A stretch of 64,000 nt of DNA from Oligoflexia bacterium. GTDB lineage: Bacteria > Bdellovibrionota > UBA1018. Positions 29,851 to 39,656 of the stretch are shown here, one piece after another. The stretch's first letter is position 1; each line of letters starts with the position of its first letter. Under the pieces are notes generated by a model. The model was not told the origin of the DNA. It saw only the letters and a list, made by a program, of their open reading frames with translations, and ran no database searches. The stretch is taken from contig CAVWVI010000001.1 in the NCBI GenBank assembly GCA_963758495.1, forward strand, positions 514,264 through 578,263, in the 5' to 3' direction. A program made the translations under genes and the position numbers.

Positions 29851-30604
29851 TGACTGCCTCCTGATAAGCATTTTCAAAAATAGCTAAACCTTGACCAGGA
29901 GCGCTTGCTCTCGCCGGCTGAGAGGTCCATTCGGGATGAGAGGTCCACCTCACAAACGCTTCTGGATGGGGCATCAAGCCAAAAATACGACCTGTCGAAT
30001 CACAAAGGCCCGCCAATTTTTCTTCGCTTCCATTTGGATTCTCTTCATAGCAAAGACAGGCGGTTCCCATTCGTTCCATTTTATTTAAAGTTTCAGTTCG
30101 TCGAGTCGAAGCAATAATCAAGCGACCCTCGCCGTGACGTATAGGTAAGTCTATGGAACCGAGGCCTTTGATCCAAATACATTTATTACCATGCGGAGTA
30201 ATTTTAACCCATTTGTTCATAAACTTTCCCTGGGCATTATGAGTAATGGACACATCACGACCAAATATTCCCATACGAATTAGTGCTTGAAAGCCATTAC
30301 AGATCCCAATCACTAATCCACCTCGACTTGCATAAGTGGATAAATCCCAACCCAGTTTATGCTGAAGTTTTAAAGCCAGGACCTTTCCGGAAGTCAAATC
30401 ATCCCCAAAAGAAAACCCTCCAGGCAGTGCAAGAACTGAATATCCTTTAGACAAATCATCCAGACTCATTCGTTCTGAAATGAGATCATTGATGTGTCGA
30501 ACTTCAGTATCAAACTTAGCGGTTCGGAAAGCATGAGCCGTCTCACCCTCACAATTGATTCCATCTCCAGTCAACACCAATGCCAGAGGCTTTTTAACGC
30601 TCAT
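29837..30604 (-). CDS. purQ: FGAM synthase glutaminase subunit
   Basis: PGGFSFGD, GICNGFQ, GLMPHPE; ATGA overlap with purL. Confidence 0.95.
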   Translation of the reverse strand: MSVKKPLALVLTGDGINCEGETAHAFRTAKFDTEVRHINDLISERMSLDDLSKGYSVLALPGGFSFGDDLTSGKVLALKLQHKLGWDLSTYASRGGLVIGICNGFQALIRMGIFGRDVSITHNAQGKFMNKWVKITPHGNKCIWIKGLGSIDLPIRHGEGRLIIASTRRTETLNKMERMGTACLCYEENPNGSEEKLAGLCDSTGRIFGLMPHPEAFVRWTSHPEWTSQPARASAPGQGLAIFENAYQEAVSARN

Positions 30605-33600
30605 TCCCAATACCCCTCTTTCAACCAGGCTGTTCGCATTTGATGAGTCTTAAGACTTAAAATGAGATTATTTTCTGCGTGCTTACCCACTCGCACTTCT
30701 AAACGATCCTGACTTTCAACTATACCTAAACGTTTGAAGGGCACATCTAAATCACTCAACTCAGATTCAACGGCTATACTATCCGCTTCAGAAGCTGAAG
30801 CGACAAAGGAATGAAACCCTTCACCCAATAGAAATTCCCAAGGGTTTTGATCGATAGGGATAAAAAGTGTTGCCCCAAAACCCCGAGCTAATAGGCTTTC
30901 AGCAACGGCGACAAGAAGACCCCCTTCAGAAATATCGTGCAGGGATTTGAGTCGATTTTGCTGTTTTCCTTGTGTCCCCCCAATCCAGGAATAAATTCTT
31001 TGAGCAGCTTTCCACGAAGGTTTTCCAGCTCTTAAAGAAAGCCCATATTGGCTTGCTATGGACTGACATTCTGAACCTAAGAGTCCAAAATCCGAAGCTC
31101 CAATTAAATAAATAATATCACCAGGGGCTTTAAAATCCGCCGTCCGAGCCTTTTTTACATCAGGAACTCGTCCGACCGCAGTCATCAAAAGGGTAGGAGG
31201 TACAGAAATAGTGACCACTTGATCACCTAGCTTACCTCGAAAGTCATTTTTCATGCTGTCTTTGCCAGAAACCAATGGAATTGACAAGGCTAGGGCAGCA
31301 TCTCGGAGTCCATAACAAGCACGGACAAGCCAAGCTGTTTTCAACGGATCGCCCACTGGATCTGGCCAACAAAAATTATCTACTAAAGCAAGCACTGAGT
31401 CAGTAAGGCCGTATTCGGCTCCCACACATAGAACGTTTCTCACTGCTTCATCTACCGCGGCCTGAGCCATTAAAAATGGGTCAATATCTGAAAGTTTCGG
31501 ATTAATTCCACATCCCACTGCAAGACCTAAGTCTGAAGCAGGTTTTGGCTTGATGACTCCCGCATCGTTCGGACCACTCCAAGCATTCGATGTGCCTACA
31601 AAAACAGTATGAAGGGGCTTCACTACAGACATCCCTTGCACTTCATGATCGTATTGACGAATGAGCCATTCTTTCGATGCAATATTAGGACGCCCTAACA
31701 ATTCGAGTAAGGATTTACCACCTTCGGCAATAAAGGACTGTGAGGCATAAGCCCTGGAAGAATTGCCGGAAGAGGCAGGCAGAGGAACGCTTTTCCATTC
31801 TGCCTCTAATTCAAGTCGAGGGACACCTTGATGAAGAAACTTCAGGTCTAAACTGGCTATCATTTTACCAGCATAAGCAATATCAAATCTTCCACTGTCA
31901 GTGAATTCCCCTAGATCACTCACCTCAACGCTACGCTTTTCCGCAAGCGTTAAAAATGCTGACAACTGAGTAGGAGGTACTGCCATTGTCATCCGCTCTT
32001 GGGATTCACTCACGACCAGCTCATAAGGTTTCAATCCTGAGTATTTAGTTTTTGCCAAACTCACATCCATATAGGCGCCACCCGAAATTTGGGCCAATTC
32101 CCCTACGGATGACGATAGCCCGCCCGCACCATTATCTGTAATTGCGCGATAGAGCCCTAAGTCACGGGCTTCCAATAAAAAGTCTGCAACTCTCTTTTGA
32201 GTCAGAGGATCGCCCAATTGAACCGCGGTAATGGGAGAAGAATCTTCGAGTGCTAATGAAGAGAAGGTCGCCCCATGGACTCCATCCTTTCCAATCCGTC
32301 CTCCCACCATACATATTCTATCGCCCTTTAAGATTTTCTTGATTTCACAAGGCTCGCCCATGCTTTTTCTCGGCATGATTCCACCCGTGCCACAATAAAC
32401 TAAAGGCTTACCTAAATAACGCTCATCAAATACCAGGGCTCCATTCACGGTTGGAATACCGCTTTTATTTCCTCCATGCTCGACACCTCTTCGAACTCCG
32501 TCCAGAATTCGACGTGGATGAAAAAGCCTCTCGGGTAAAGGACTGGAATAATCAGGCAGCGCAACACAAAATACATCTGTATTAAAAATGGGCTTTGCAC
32601 CTAAGCCACAACCTAAAATGTCTCGATTCACTCCCACAATCCCAGTTAATGCACCCCCATAAGGATCAAGAGCAGAAGGAGAATTATGAGTTTCCACCTT
32701 AATACAGAAGGCATCTTCATCATCAAAGGCACAAATACCCGCATTGTCCTCAAAAACTGATAAAAGCCAGGGTTTTGTAAGCTTTGCGGTCGTACCTGAA
32801 ATGGTAGTTTTAAATAAACCATCTATTTCAGACGGAATATCTGCGGAATCTTCACCTTGGTATTTAATCTTTGCATTAAAAATTTTATGCTTACAATGCT
32901 CAGACCACGTTTGGGCCAAGACTTCCATTTCAACATCGGTCGGACCTGAAAAACCTAAAGAAGCTCTTCGTTTTTTTTCTAATGATCCAGAAAAATAGCC
33001 TCGAATAGCCTTCATTTCTGCTAATGAAAAAGCCCAAAGCTTCTTTTTACTTAAATCAGTAAGCTCCAAGTCACTGAGCCCATCTAGCTCGACCCCATCC
33101 ACTTGATCCGATCCACGTAAAGCTGTTTTAGGGAGGTCCTGCTTGACTCTTTCTTGATGAAAACGATCGCTCTTTTTAAAACCATCTTCGGGAATCACTG
33201 TCCAGGTTTCAATCAACTCATTACAAAAAACTTCTTTTGCAACTATGGCAAGCGAGTCTTCGTCTAACTCGGGTCCTTCTAAAATCAAAAGACTCCCACT
33301 GGAAGCGCGCGCTTGCGGAAGCTTTCTCTCTAAAACAATTTCAAAAGCTTCAAGTAAAGTCCGTCCAATATTATCCGTCACCCCTGGCCTAAAGCGCCGT
33401 TCGATCCCCCAAAATTTACCCGGCCGATAAGGGGCGAGTTGCATCAAATCTTGAAGCCCGCCTGTTTTTCCCGCTGCGGAAGGCATGAGATTCCCTGTAA
33501 ATACCCATTGTAAAACTTTATCCCAACAAATTTCTGTAATTGCCGGAATCAATTCCTCACGAGACGCTGGAATATCAATCCAATAAATTTCAAGCACCCT

Positions 33601-33717
33601 CGCCCAGCGAATTCTCTTTCGAAGCCCTGGATTAACAAGCTCCACCCGACGAAGAATTCCCTCGGCTGCAGAATCTAAAAGGTCTGGACGTACCGCAACT
33701 TCAATTCGGGCGAACAC
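30601..33717 (-). CDS. purL: FGAM synthase synthetase subunit with N-terminal extension (probably PurS-like)
   Basis: WSEHCKHK, KVETHNSPS, DNGAGGL, SESQERM, QYDHEV, GKDSM, HDISEGGL. Confidence 0.95.
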   Translation of the reverse strand: MFARIEVAVRPDLLDSAAEGILRRVELVNPGLRKRIRWARVLEIYWIDIPASREELIPAITEICWDKVLQWVFTGNLMPSAAGKTGGLQDLMQLAPYRPGKFWGIERRFRPGVTDNIGRTLLEAFEIVLERKLPQARASSGSLLILEGPELDEDSLAIVAKEVFCNELIETWTVIPEDGFKKSDRFHQERVKQDLPKTALRGSDQVDGVELDGLSDLELTDLSKKKLWAFSLAEMKAIRGYFSGSLEKKRRASLGFSGPTDVEMEVLAQTWSEHCKHKIFNAKIKYQGEDSADIPSEIDGLFKTTISGTTAKLTKPWLLSVFEDNAGICAFDDEDAFCIKVETHNSPSALDPYGGALTGIVGVNRDILGCGLGAKPIFNTDVFCVALPDYSSPLPERLFHPRRILDGVRRGVEHGGNKSGIPTVNGALVFDERYLGKPLVYCGTGGIMPRKSMGEPCEIKKILKGDRICMVGGRIGKDGVHGATFSSLALEDSSPITAVQLGDPLTQKRVADFLLEARDLGLYRAITDNGAGGLSSSVGELAQISGGAYMDVSLAKTKYSGLKPYELVVSESQERMTMAVPPTQLSAFLTLAEKRSVEVSDLGEFTDSGRFDIAYAGKMIASLDLKFLHQGVPRLELEAEWKSVPLPASSGNSSRAYASQSFIAEGGKSLLELLGRPNIASKEWLIRQYDHEVQGMSVVKPLHTVFVGTSNAWSGPNDAGVIKPKPASDLGLAVGCGINPKLSDIDPFLMAQAAVDEAVRNVLCVGAEYGLTDSVLALVDNFCWPDPVGDPLKTAWLVRACYGLRDAALALSIPLVSGKDSMKNDFRGKLGDQVVTISVPPTLLMTAVGRVPDVKKARTADFKAPGDIIYLIGASDFGLLGSECQSIASQYGLSLRAGKPSWKAAQRIYSWIGGTQGKQQNRLKSLHDISEGGLLVAVAESLLARGFGATLFIPIDQNPWEFLLGEGFHSFVASASEADSIAVESELSDLDVPFKRLGIVESQDRLEVRVGKHAENNLILSLKTHQMRTAWLKEGYWE

Positions 33718-34354
33718 AGAATCTCCCTTCTAATCGTTGTTCTAAAATAAAATCTTCAGACAATATCCATTTTAATGTTTGAGGAAAAATTCGGTGTTCC
33801 ACCGCAAGTCCTCTCTGCTCTACATCGAGTTCAGATTGACAGTCCACCATTGAAAATGACTCCTGAGCACAAATGGGACCCGCATCCACCTCGACTTCTA
33901 CAAGATGAACGGTAACACCAGTCACTTTCGCTCCATATCGAAATGCTTGAGCATAGGCATGAATACCTGGAAAAGATGGCAAAATGGAAGGATGAATATT
34001 CACTATACGTGAATATCCTCTTTCACTTCGAAATGCCTCTATTAGGTGTGGAGTTAGAATTCTCATGTAGCCCGCCATAATTAAAAACTGAGGATTGAAT
34101 CGCTTTAATTCTTTTAAAATAAGATCTTCATGCTCACGTCGTAAGTCCGTCATTAAACGATCGGATTTTTTCTCAGGCACTGGAATATGTAAAGCTGGAA
34201 CTCCAAACTCCCGCGCTTGAGATAAAACCAAGGCATCTGAACGATCTGAAATCACAGCCACGATTTCCGCTTCAAGCTCATGGTGTTGAATCGCTTTGTG
34301 AATTGCGGCAAAATTTGATCCACGCCCCGATGCAAAAACTACAATAGGAATCAT
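33701..34354 (-). CDS. purN: Phosphoribosylglycinamide formyltransferase
   Basis: ASGRGSN, AGYMRIL, NIHPSILPSFPG, VDAGPI. Confidence 0.97.
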   Translation of the reverse strand: MIPIVVFASGRGSNFAAIHKAIQHHELEAEIVAVISDRSDALVLSQAREFGVPALHIPVPEKKSDRLMTDLRREHEDLILKELKRFNPQFLIMAGYMRILTPHLIEAFRSERGYSRIVNIHPSILPSFPGIHAYAQAFRYGAKVTGVTVHLVEVEVDAGPICAQESFSMVDCQSELDVEQRGLAVEHRIFPQTLKWILSEDFILEQRLEGRFCVRPN

Positions 34355-34361
34355 ATCTTTA

Positions 34362-35648
34362 CTAAAGCCTTCCGATATCTGAACGATATTGTATCCCCTC
34401 GAAGTGGAGTTTTTCCAAATTCTTATAAGCTTTTTCTCTGGCTAATTCCAATGTGGATCCCATTCCAAGCGTTCCAAAAACTCTCCCACCGGCTGTCACT
34501 AAACTGCGATCTGTTTTAGATACTCCTGAGTAAAACACTGAAGATAATACCTCTGGATCGATCTCAATAGGCATGCCTGTTTCGACTTGCTGGGGATAGC
34601 CGCGAGCCGCTGCCACAACAAAAACCGCAGGATCTTTTTTAAAGGGCACTCTTCTCGAAAAATGACTTAAATCTCCCCGTGCAGAGGCTTCACACCATTC
34701 ATAGAGATCACCCTCCATCCTCGGAAGAAGGACTTGCGCTTCTGGATCACCAAAACGTGCATTGAATTCTAATACCCAGAATTGCTGGGTCTTTGGATTG
34801 ACCATGAGCCCTGCATAAAGGAGCCCTCGGAATGTTGAATTGCGACGCCTCAATTCTTGAAGCACCGGGATAAATACACTCTCTAGAATTTTATTTTCAA
34901 GTAACTCAAAATACTTTCCCACTGGACTAAAAGCGCCCATTCCACCGGTATTAGGCCCTTGATCTAAATCAAGAAGACGTTTGTAATCTCGCGCTGGCTC
35001 TAAAAGAGAACAGCGTTCGCCGTCACAAAAAGCCATCCAAGAAATTTCCTCTCCTTGTAAACGTTCTTCGATCAGCACTTTTTCTGAAGTTTTAAATAAC
35101 TCTTCAACCGCCTGTAAGGCCATTTCCCGAGTTTCACAAACATACACCCCTTTTCCAAAAGCAAGCCCGTCTGCTTTTATGACCCAGCCTGTGAGGTTCG
35201 GGGATGTTGAGGGATGGGGCCACGGAACCGATTTTAAAATTTTCTGAGCTTCTGATTTTGAGTGTACCGTCCAGTATTGAGCTGTGGGTATATTGGCTGA
35301 CTGCATGACCTCTTTAGCAAATGATTTACTTGCTTCAATCCTAGCGGCTTCCGCAGTAGGGCCAAAGATGGGCACTCCATGAGCTTCGAACACATTGACA
35401 ATTCCATCGGCCAATGGATTATCAGGCCCAACAATCACTAAGTTTACTTTTTCTTGACGAGCCCGAATGGCCAATACTTTAAACTCTTTTTCTCCCTGAG
35501 ATAAGGAAACAGGCCAACGCTCCCATTCTTCTGGCATACCCGCATTTCCAGGTGCAACAATGATACGTGTTACCTGAGATGATTGAGCAAGCTTCCAAGC
35601 CAAAGCATGCTCCCTTCCACCTGACCCAACGATGAGAACAGAACTCAT
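34362..35648 (-). CDS. purD: Phosphoribosylamine-glycine ligase
   Basis: GSGGREHALA, KADGLAFGKGV, GPNTGGMGA, EFNARFGDPE. Confidence 0.97.
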   Translation of the reverse strand: MSSVLIVGSGGREHALAWKLAQSSQVTRIIVAPGNAGMPEEWERWPVSLSQGEKEFKVLAIRARQEKVNLVIVGPDNPLADGIVNVFEAHGVPIFGPTAEAARIEASKSFAKEVMQSANIPTAQYWTVHSKSEAQKILKSVPWPHPSTSPNLTGWVIKADGLAFGKGVYVCETREMALQAVEELFKTSEKVLIEERLQGEEISWMAFCDGERCSLLEPARDYKRLLDLDQGPNTGGMGAFSPVGKYFELLENKILESVFIPVLQELRRRNSTFRGLLYAGLMVNPKTQQFWVLEFNARFGDPEAQVLLPRMEGDLYEWCEASARGDLSHFSRRVPFKKDPAVFVVAAARGYPQQVETGMPIEIDPEVLSSVFYSGVSKTDRSLVTAGGRVFGTLGMGSTLELAREKAYKNLEKLHFEGIQYRSDIGRL

Positions 35649-36841
35649 GAATGACCTCCTTTCTGAATTTCTCTCAACTCTTCAACCACTTTCTCTAAAC
35701 TCCAGGCTTCTGGAAACCATTTTCTGCCACTCAGTTCATTGGTTAATGCGAAATAAACTTGAGTTGCAAGTTCACGGTAATGGGAAGGGAGAGGTGGAGG
35801 CCCCTCTTGAACAAACCTCTTCCACTCAGGGGTGCCTTGCGTTTTTGCATGTGCTTTAGCAAGTTCAGTATTTTGAAACCACTTTGTATTTCGATAATAA
35901 AGTCGTAAAAATTCTTTGGAAAGCTGGACTTCTTTTTTCGTAATTCTCAGCTCATCTGGACCAATTCCATCGACCAGAAAGCAATTACCCTCCTCAGAAA
36001 TCGCCCATTCGAGTTTTCCATCTGCCAATTCCAGATCGCATTTTGAACACCAATATTTTAGAATTCCAGCAACCCATGCAGTCTTTAACAAAACCTCTTG
36101 AAGCTGTTTTGCTGCCAAACCGGAAAGTGCGAGTGCTTCAGAAAGGTGGACCAAACGATCCACGGTTTCCAATTTTGTAAAAAGTTCTAAAAGCGGGAAA
36201 TCCCATTGGCTACCGACTTCCACTTTGAGATCAGGAAATCCCAAATTCGATAAATAAGAGGGATCTCGGGCGGTCCGCTCGATTAAAGAACTGCCTTGCG
36301 GACAGCCCATTCTAAATACCACTTCTAAAGGTACCAATCGAGGCAAAGGCGAATTTCGCGTCGGATCATAATCGGGTAAAATACGACCTAGAACAGGTGA
36401 GAGTGCAGGTCTCACAACAGACACCTGTTTTGCCACTAACCGTCGAAATGGAGCCACCATTTGGATTGTTTTCTGAGGCTCAACTTCTGCATTTTGTGGA
36501 AGTTGGCTCAAAACTCCCAAATAATGAGTTCTCAATCCCTTAGATTGGAGTTCTTCTCCCAACTCATTAAAGGAGGAACCAAAACGATTGGCTTTTCTCA
36601 AAGCAAGAGCTTGAGTCGTTTTAGAAAACTCACGCCAAGATTCTGGCCTTTCCAGTTTCTCAAAAAGCTCGGCCGCTAATACCGCCAAAGCTTCACCTTT
36701 TTTGGGTAAAAGCTCAGGCATTCTTCCCCAATCGAAAACAGAAAATGCATCCGTATATTCAAATAAGACAGCTTTCGTCTGATTGACTTGAGTTGGACCT
36801 AAAAGATCTTTTACGGAACCTCTATAAAGCGTAGGTATCAT
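35645..36841 (-). CDS. purC: SAICAR synthetase (long form)
   Basis: YRGSVKD, SVFDWG, PLEVVFR, DGKLEW, GPDELR, LSKEFLR; located within the pur operon. Confidence 0.9.
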   Translation of the reverse strand: MIPTLYRGSVKDLLGPTQVNQTKAVLFEYTDAFSVFDWGRMPELLPKKGEALAVLAAELFEKLERPESWREFSKTTQALALRKANRFGSSFNELGEELQSKGLRTHYLGVLSQLPQNAEVEPQKTIQMVAPFRRLVAKQVSVVRPALSPVLGRILPDYDPTRNSPLPRLVPLEVVFRMGCPQGSSLIERTARDPSYLSNLGFPDLKVEVGSQWDFPLLELFTKLETVDRLVHLSEALALSGLAAKQLQEVLLKTAWVAGILKYWCSKCDLELADGKLEWAISEEGNCFLVDGIGPDELRITKKEVQLSKEFLRLYYRNTKWFQNTELAKAHAKTQGTPEWKRFVQEGPPPLPSHYRELATQVYFALTNELSGRKWFPEAWSLEKVVEELREIQKGGHS

Positions 36842-36843
36842 TT

Positions 36844-36890
36844 TGTATCTATTTCCTGTATCTATTTCCTGTCTCTATTTCCCTATTTCC
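36844..36890. repeat. 13-bp tandem repeat (3 copies plus partial) at the purF-purC junction
   Basis: TGTATCTATTTCC x2, TGTCTCTATTTCC, CTATTTCC. Confidence 0.9.
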
Positions 36891-38374
36891 TTTCGATCTG
36901 CTTTTCGGGCTGAAGCAAAGCGAATTCCAGAAGATATATCTGTAGGGTAGCTCCCATTCAAGCAGGCCAGACAAGGACGAATCCCCTGAGCATCCGAAGT
37001 TTGTGAGACTGCATCCAAAATCGAATTTTCGAGAGATTTCACATCCTGATAAATAACCGCATCGGCACCTAATTCTTTCTCAATATCTGCTAAACTTCTG
37101 CCAGAAGCAATCAATTCAGATTCTAATGGAAAATCGATTCCATAATAACAAGGATGTTGGATGGGTGGACAAGTTGAAACAAAGTAGACTTGACTAGCGC
37201 CTGCATTTCTTACCAATTCAACAATTTTTCTAGAAGTCGTTCCTCGCACAATCGAATCATCTACTAAGAGAACTTTTTTCCCTTGGATCTCTGAACGAAC
37301 GGGCGAGAGCTTTAAATTCACCGCCTTCTGACGTTTCTCTTGAGAGTCTAAAATAAAGGTACGCTTGATATAGCGATTTTTAATTAAGACCTCACGATAA
37401 GGAATCCCAAGTTCTTCGGCAAGGGCAATGGCAGCAATCCGAGAAGTCTCTGGAACAGGTACAATTAAATCAGCTTCAATTTTCCTATCGATAATTTGTC
37501 TTTTAATAAGCCGTGCTAGACTTTTGCCTAAATTAATTCGCGCACTATACACTGGAATCCGGTCCATTACCGATTCGGGTGAGGCAAAATAAACCCACTC
37601 AAACATACAGGGACGAGCCGCTCGTATATCAATCCGGCGAGTATAAACTCGTCCTTGCATATCAATAAACAAAACTTCCCCAGGTTGAATATCTCGTACG
37701 AGTTCATAATCCAAAAAGGAAAGCGCCACACTCTCCGAGGCAACTATATGAGCATCAGAACCATTCTCCATTTTTTTCCTTCCCCAAACCAAGGGGCGAA
37801 TTCCAAATGGATCCCGAAAGGCAACTAAACCTTGACCTGCAATTAAAGTCGCTATGCTGTAACTTCCATTCACACGTTTAAAGATTTCACCTACCGACGC
37901 ACAAATATGTTCAAAATGAAGTTCGCTGCAATCCTCATTCAGATGAGGGAAATTTGCTAATCCCTCAGCAAAAAGATTTAAAACCACTTCGGTATCTGAA
38001 TGAGTCAGTAAGTGCCTACGATTTCGTACCTTCAAATCTTTCGCTAATTCATCACAATTGACAATATTGCCATTATGAACCATCCCTAACCCGAATGGGT
38101 AACTCAGTAAAAAAGGCTGTACGTCAACCAAATCTCCTCGTCCGATGGTGCTATAGCGAGCGTGACCCACAGCTAGATTGCCCGTCAGGCCGCTCATATT
38201 TTCACGAGTAAAAACAGACTCAACCAGCCCAATATTCTTGACACTGTGAAAGCCTGTTTGATCATAAGAAAGGATGCCAGCAGCATCCTGCCCTCGATGT
38301 TGAAGAGTAGTAAGGCCTAAAAAGGCCTCACGAGCCGCGTCAGGTGTACCAATTAAGCCAACAATACCGCACAT
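36875..38374 (-). CDS. purF: Amidophosphoribosyltransferase
   Basis: MCGIVG, LQHRGQDAAG, HNGN, VDDSIVRGTT, YGIDF. Confidence 0.97.
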   Translation of the reverse strand: MCGIVGLIGTPDAAREAFLGLTTLQHRGQDAAGILSYDQTGFHSVKNIGLVESVFTRENMSGLTGNLAVGHARYSTIGRGDLVDVQPFLLSYPFGLGMVHNGNIVNCDELAKDLKVRNRRHLLTHSDTEVVLNLFAEGLANFPHLNEDCSELHFEHICASVGEIFKRVNGSYSIATLIAGQGLVAFRDPFGIRPLVWGRKKMENGSDAHIVASESVALSFLDYELVRDIQPGEVLFIDMQGRVYTRRIDIRAARPCMFEWVYFASPESVMDRIPVYSARINLGKSLARLIKRQIIDRKIEADLIVPVPETSRIAAIALAEELGIPYREVLIKNRYIKRTFILDSQEKRQKAVNLKLSPVRSEIQGKKVLLVDDSIVRGTTSRKIVELVRNAGASQVYFVSTCPPIQHPCYYGIDFPLESELIASGRSLADIEKELGADAVIYQDVKSLENSILDAVSQTSDAQGIRPCLACLNGSYPTDISSGIRFASARKADRKEIGK

Positions 38375-38514
38375 AAAAATGGATATAGCACAGGGTGCTC
38401 AATGACTCAGTGCATTTAATTCAAAGCATTTGCAAGTGGCTTTAAGGTAAGTTGAAACTCCTTCAACAACCGATTAAGCTAGGATCAAGTATCAGTTCCA
38501 ATCGAAAGGAAATT

Positions 38515-38739
38515 ATGAGCACGAACGCAAGTCCAGTTACAGGTATCATAGACGAACAATTAGTCATTATTGATTTTGGTAAATATGAAGGCAAAAGCGT
38601 CCAAGAAATTGCTGACTTAGATCCACCGTTTTACGAAAAGCTGGCAATAGAGAAGGAAAATGGAATTTTTGCAATTCGACGCCATCGTGACAAAACCTTT
38701 CGACTCTATATCAATCCTCTCTCCAATATAGATAATTAG
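38515..38739 (+). CDS. Small hypothetical protein with FGKYxGK motif (DUF3820/ExoX C-terminal-like)
   Basis: IDFGKYEGKSVQEIADLDPPFY; ATG at 38515 follows AAGGA. Confidence 0.65.
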   Translation: MSTNASPVTGIIDEQLVIIDFGKYEGKSVQEIADLDPPFYEKLAIEKENGIFAIRRHRDKTFRLYINPLSNIDN

Positions 38740-39557
38740 AAGAAATAGACTCCTCGAAATACTTCTTTCGCGGGTCCCTTCATCAGAATGGGCTTTGTTA
38801 AGCCGTCCCATGTAATTCGTAATCGTCCACCGGGCAAATCCACATTCACAGGGCCAGAGACTCTGCTCGTTGCCAAACTTGCTACAGCAGCTGCACAAGC
38901 TCCAGTTCCACAGGCTAAAGTAATCCCAGCTCCTCTTTCCCATACTCTGACTCGAATCGAATCGCGATTTTTTATTTCTACAAACTCAACGTTCGTACGA
39001 TGCGGAAACCGAGAATGGCTTTCAATCAAAGGACCGACTTCTTGAAGTGAAACTCGACTTACATCATCCACAAAAAAAACAGCATGAGGATTTCCCACAT
39101 TCACTTCATAAAACCAAAACTCTTTTCCCTGCACTTCGATCCGCTCACCTGAACCAGAAAATCCGCCCCCTAAGTGAGCAGGGCCCATATCTACGTTCAC
39201 TTCATGCCCTTGCAAACTCACTCTTTTCACACCCGCCAAAGTTTCGACGGTATATTCTAATTTTCGTTCCGAACCATATTGATTGATATAAAGAGCCACT
39301 GCCCTGATTCCATTGCCACACATCTCAGCTTCTGAACCATCGGCATTGAAAATTTCCATTCGAACATCTAAAGAGGGGTCTTGAGGTTTTTTCAACCAAA
39401 GTATTTGATCTGCGCCCACACCTAATCGACGGTCACAAATTTGGCGGGCAAGCTCGGCAGTCAAAGGACTTGACGTAGCTAATTTGATCCCTAAATCGTC
39501 AATTACAATAAAGTCATTTCCTAGACCCTGCATTTTGGTAAACGGTAACTCAATCAT
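38736..39557 (-). CDS. dapF: Diaminopimelate epimerase
   Basis: KMQGLGNDF, EMCGNGIR, GNPHAV, ERGAGITLACGTG. Confidence 0.97.
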   Translation of the reverse strand: MIELPFTKMQGLGNDFIVIDDLGIKLATSSPLTAELARQICDRRLGVGADQILWLKKPQDPSLDVRMEIFNADGSEAEMCGNGIRAVALYINQYGSERKLEYTVETLAGVKRVSLQGHEVNVDMGPAHLGGGFSGSGERIEVQGKEFWFYEVNVGNPHAVFFVDDVSRVSLQEVGPLIESHSRFPHRTNVEFVEIKNRDSIRVRVWERGAGITLACGTGACAAAVASLATSRVSGPVNVDLPGGRLRITWDGLTKPILMKGPAKEVFRGVYFF

Positions 39558-39656
39558 GTGTTTGTATTAACACGTTCAGAGCGATTTGAGAAGTTACCTT
39601 GCCAGTAAGCTTAAGTTCCCCGTATAATTAAGGTCTAGATTACAGGGGGAATTGAG

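Noticed and set aside
6950..38374. Many short antisense or alternative-frame ORFs overlapping addAB, hutU and pur genes
   Set aside because: They lie within well-supported genes and have no motifs; treated as shadow ORFs.
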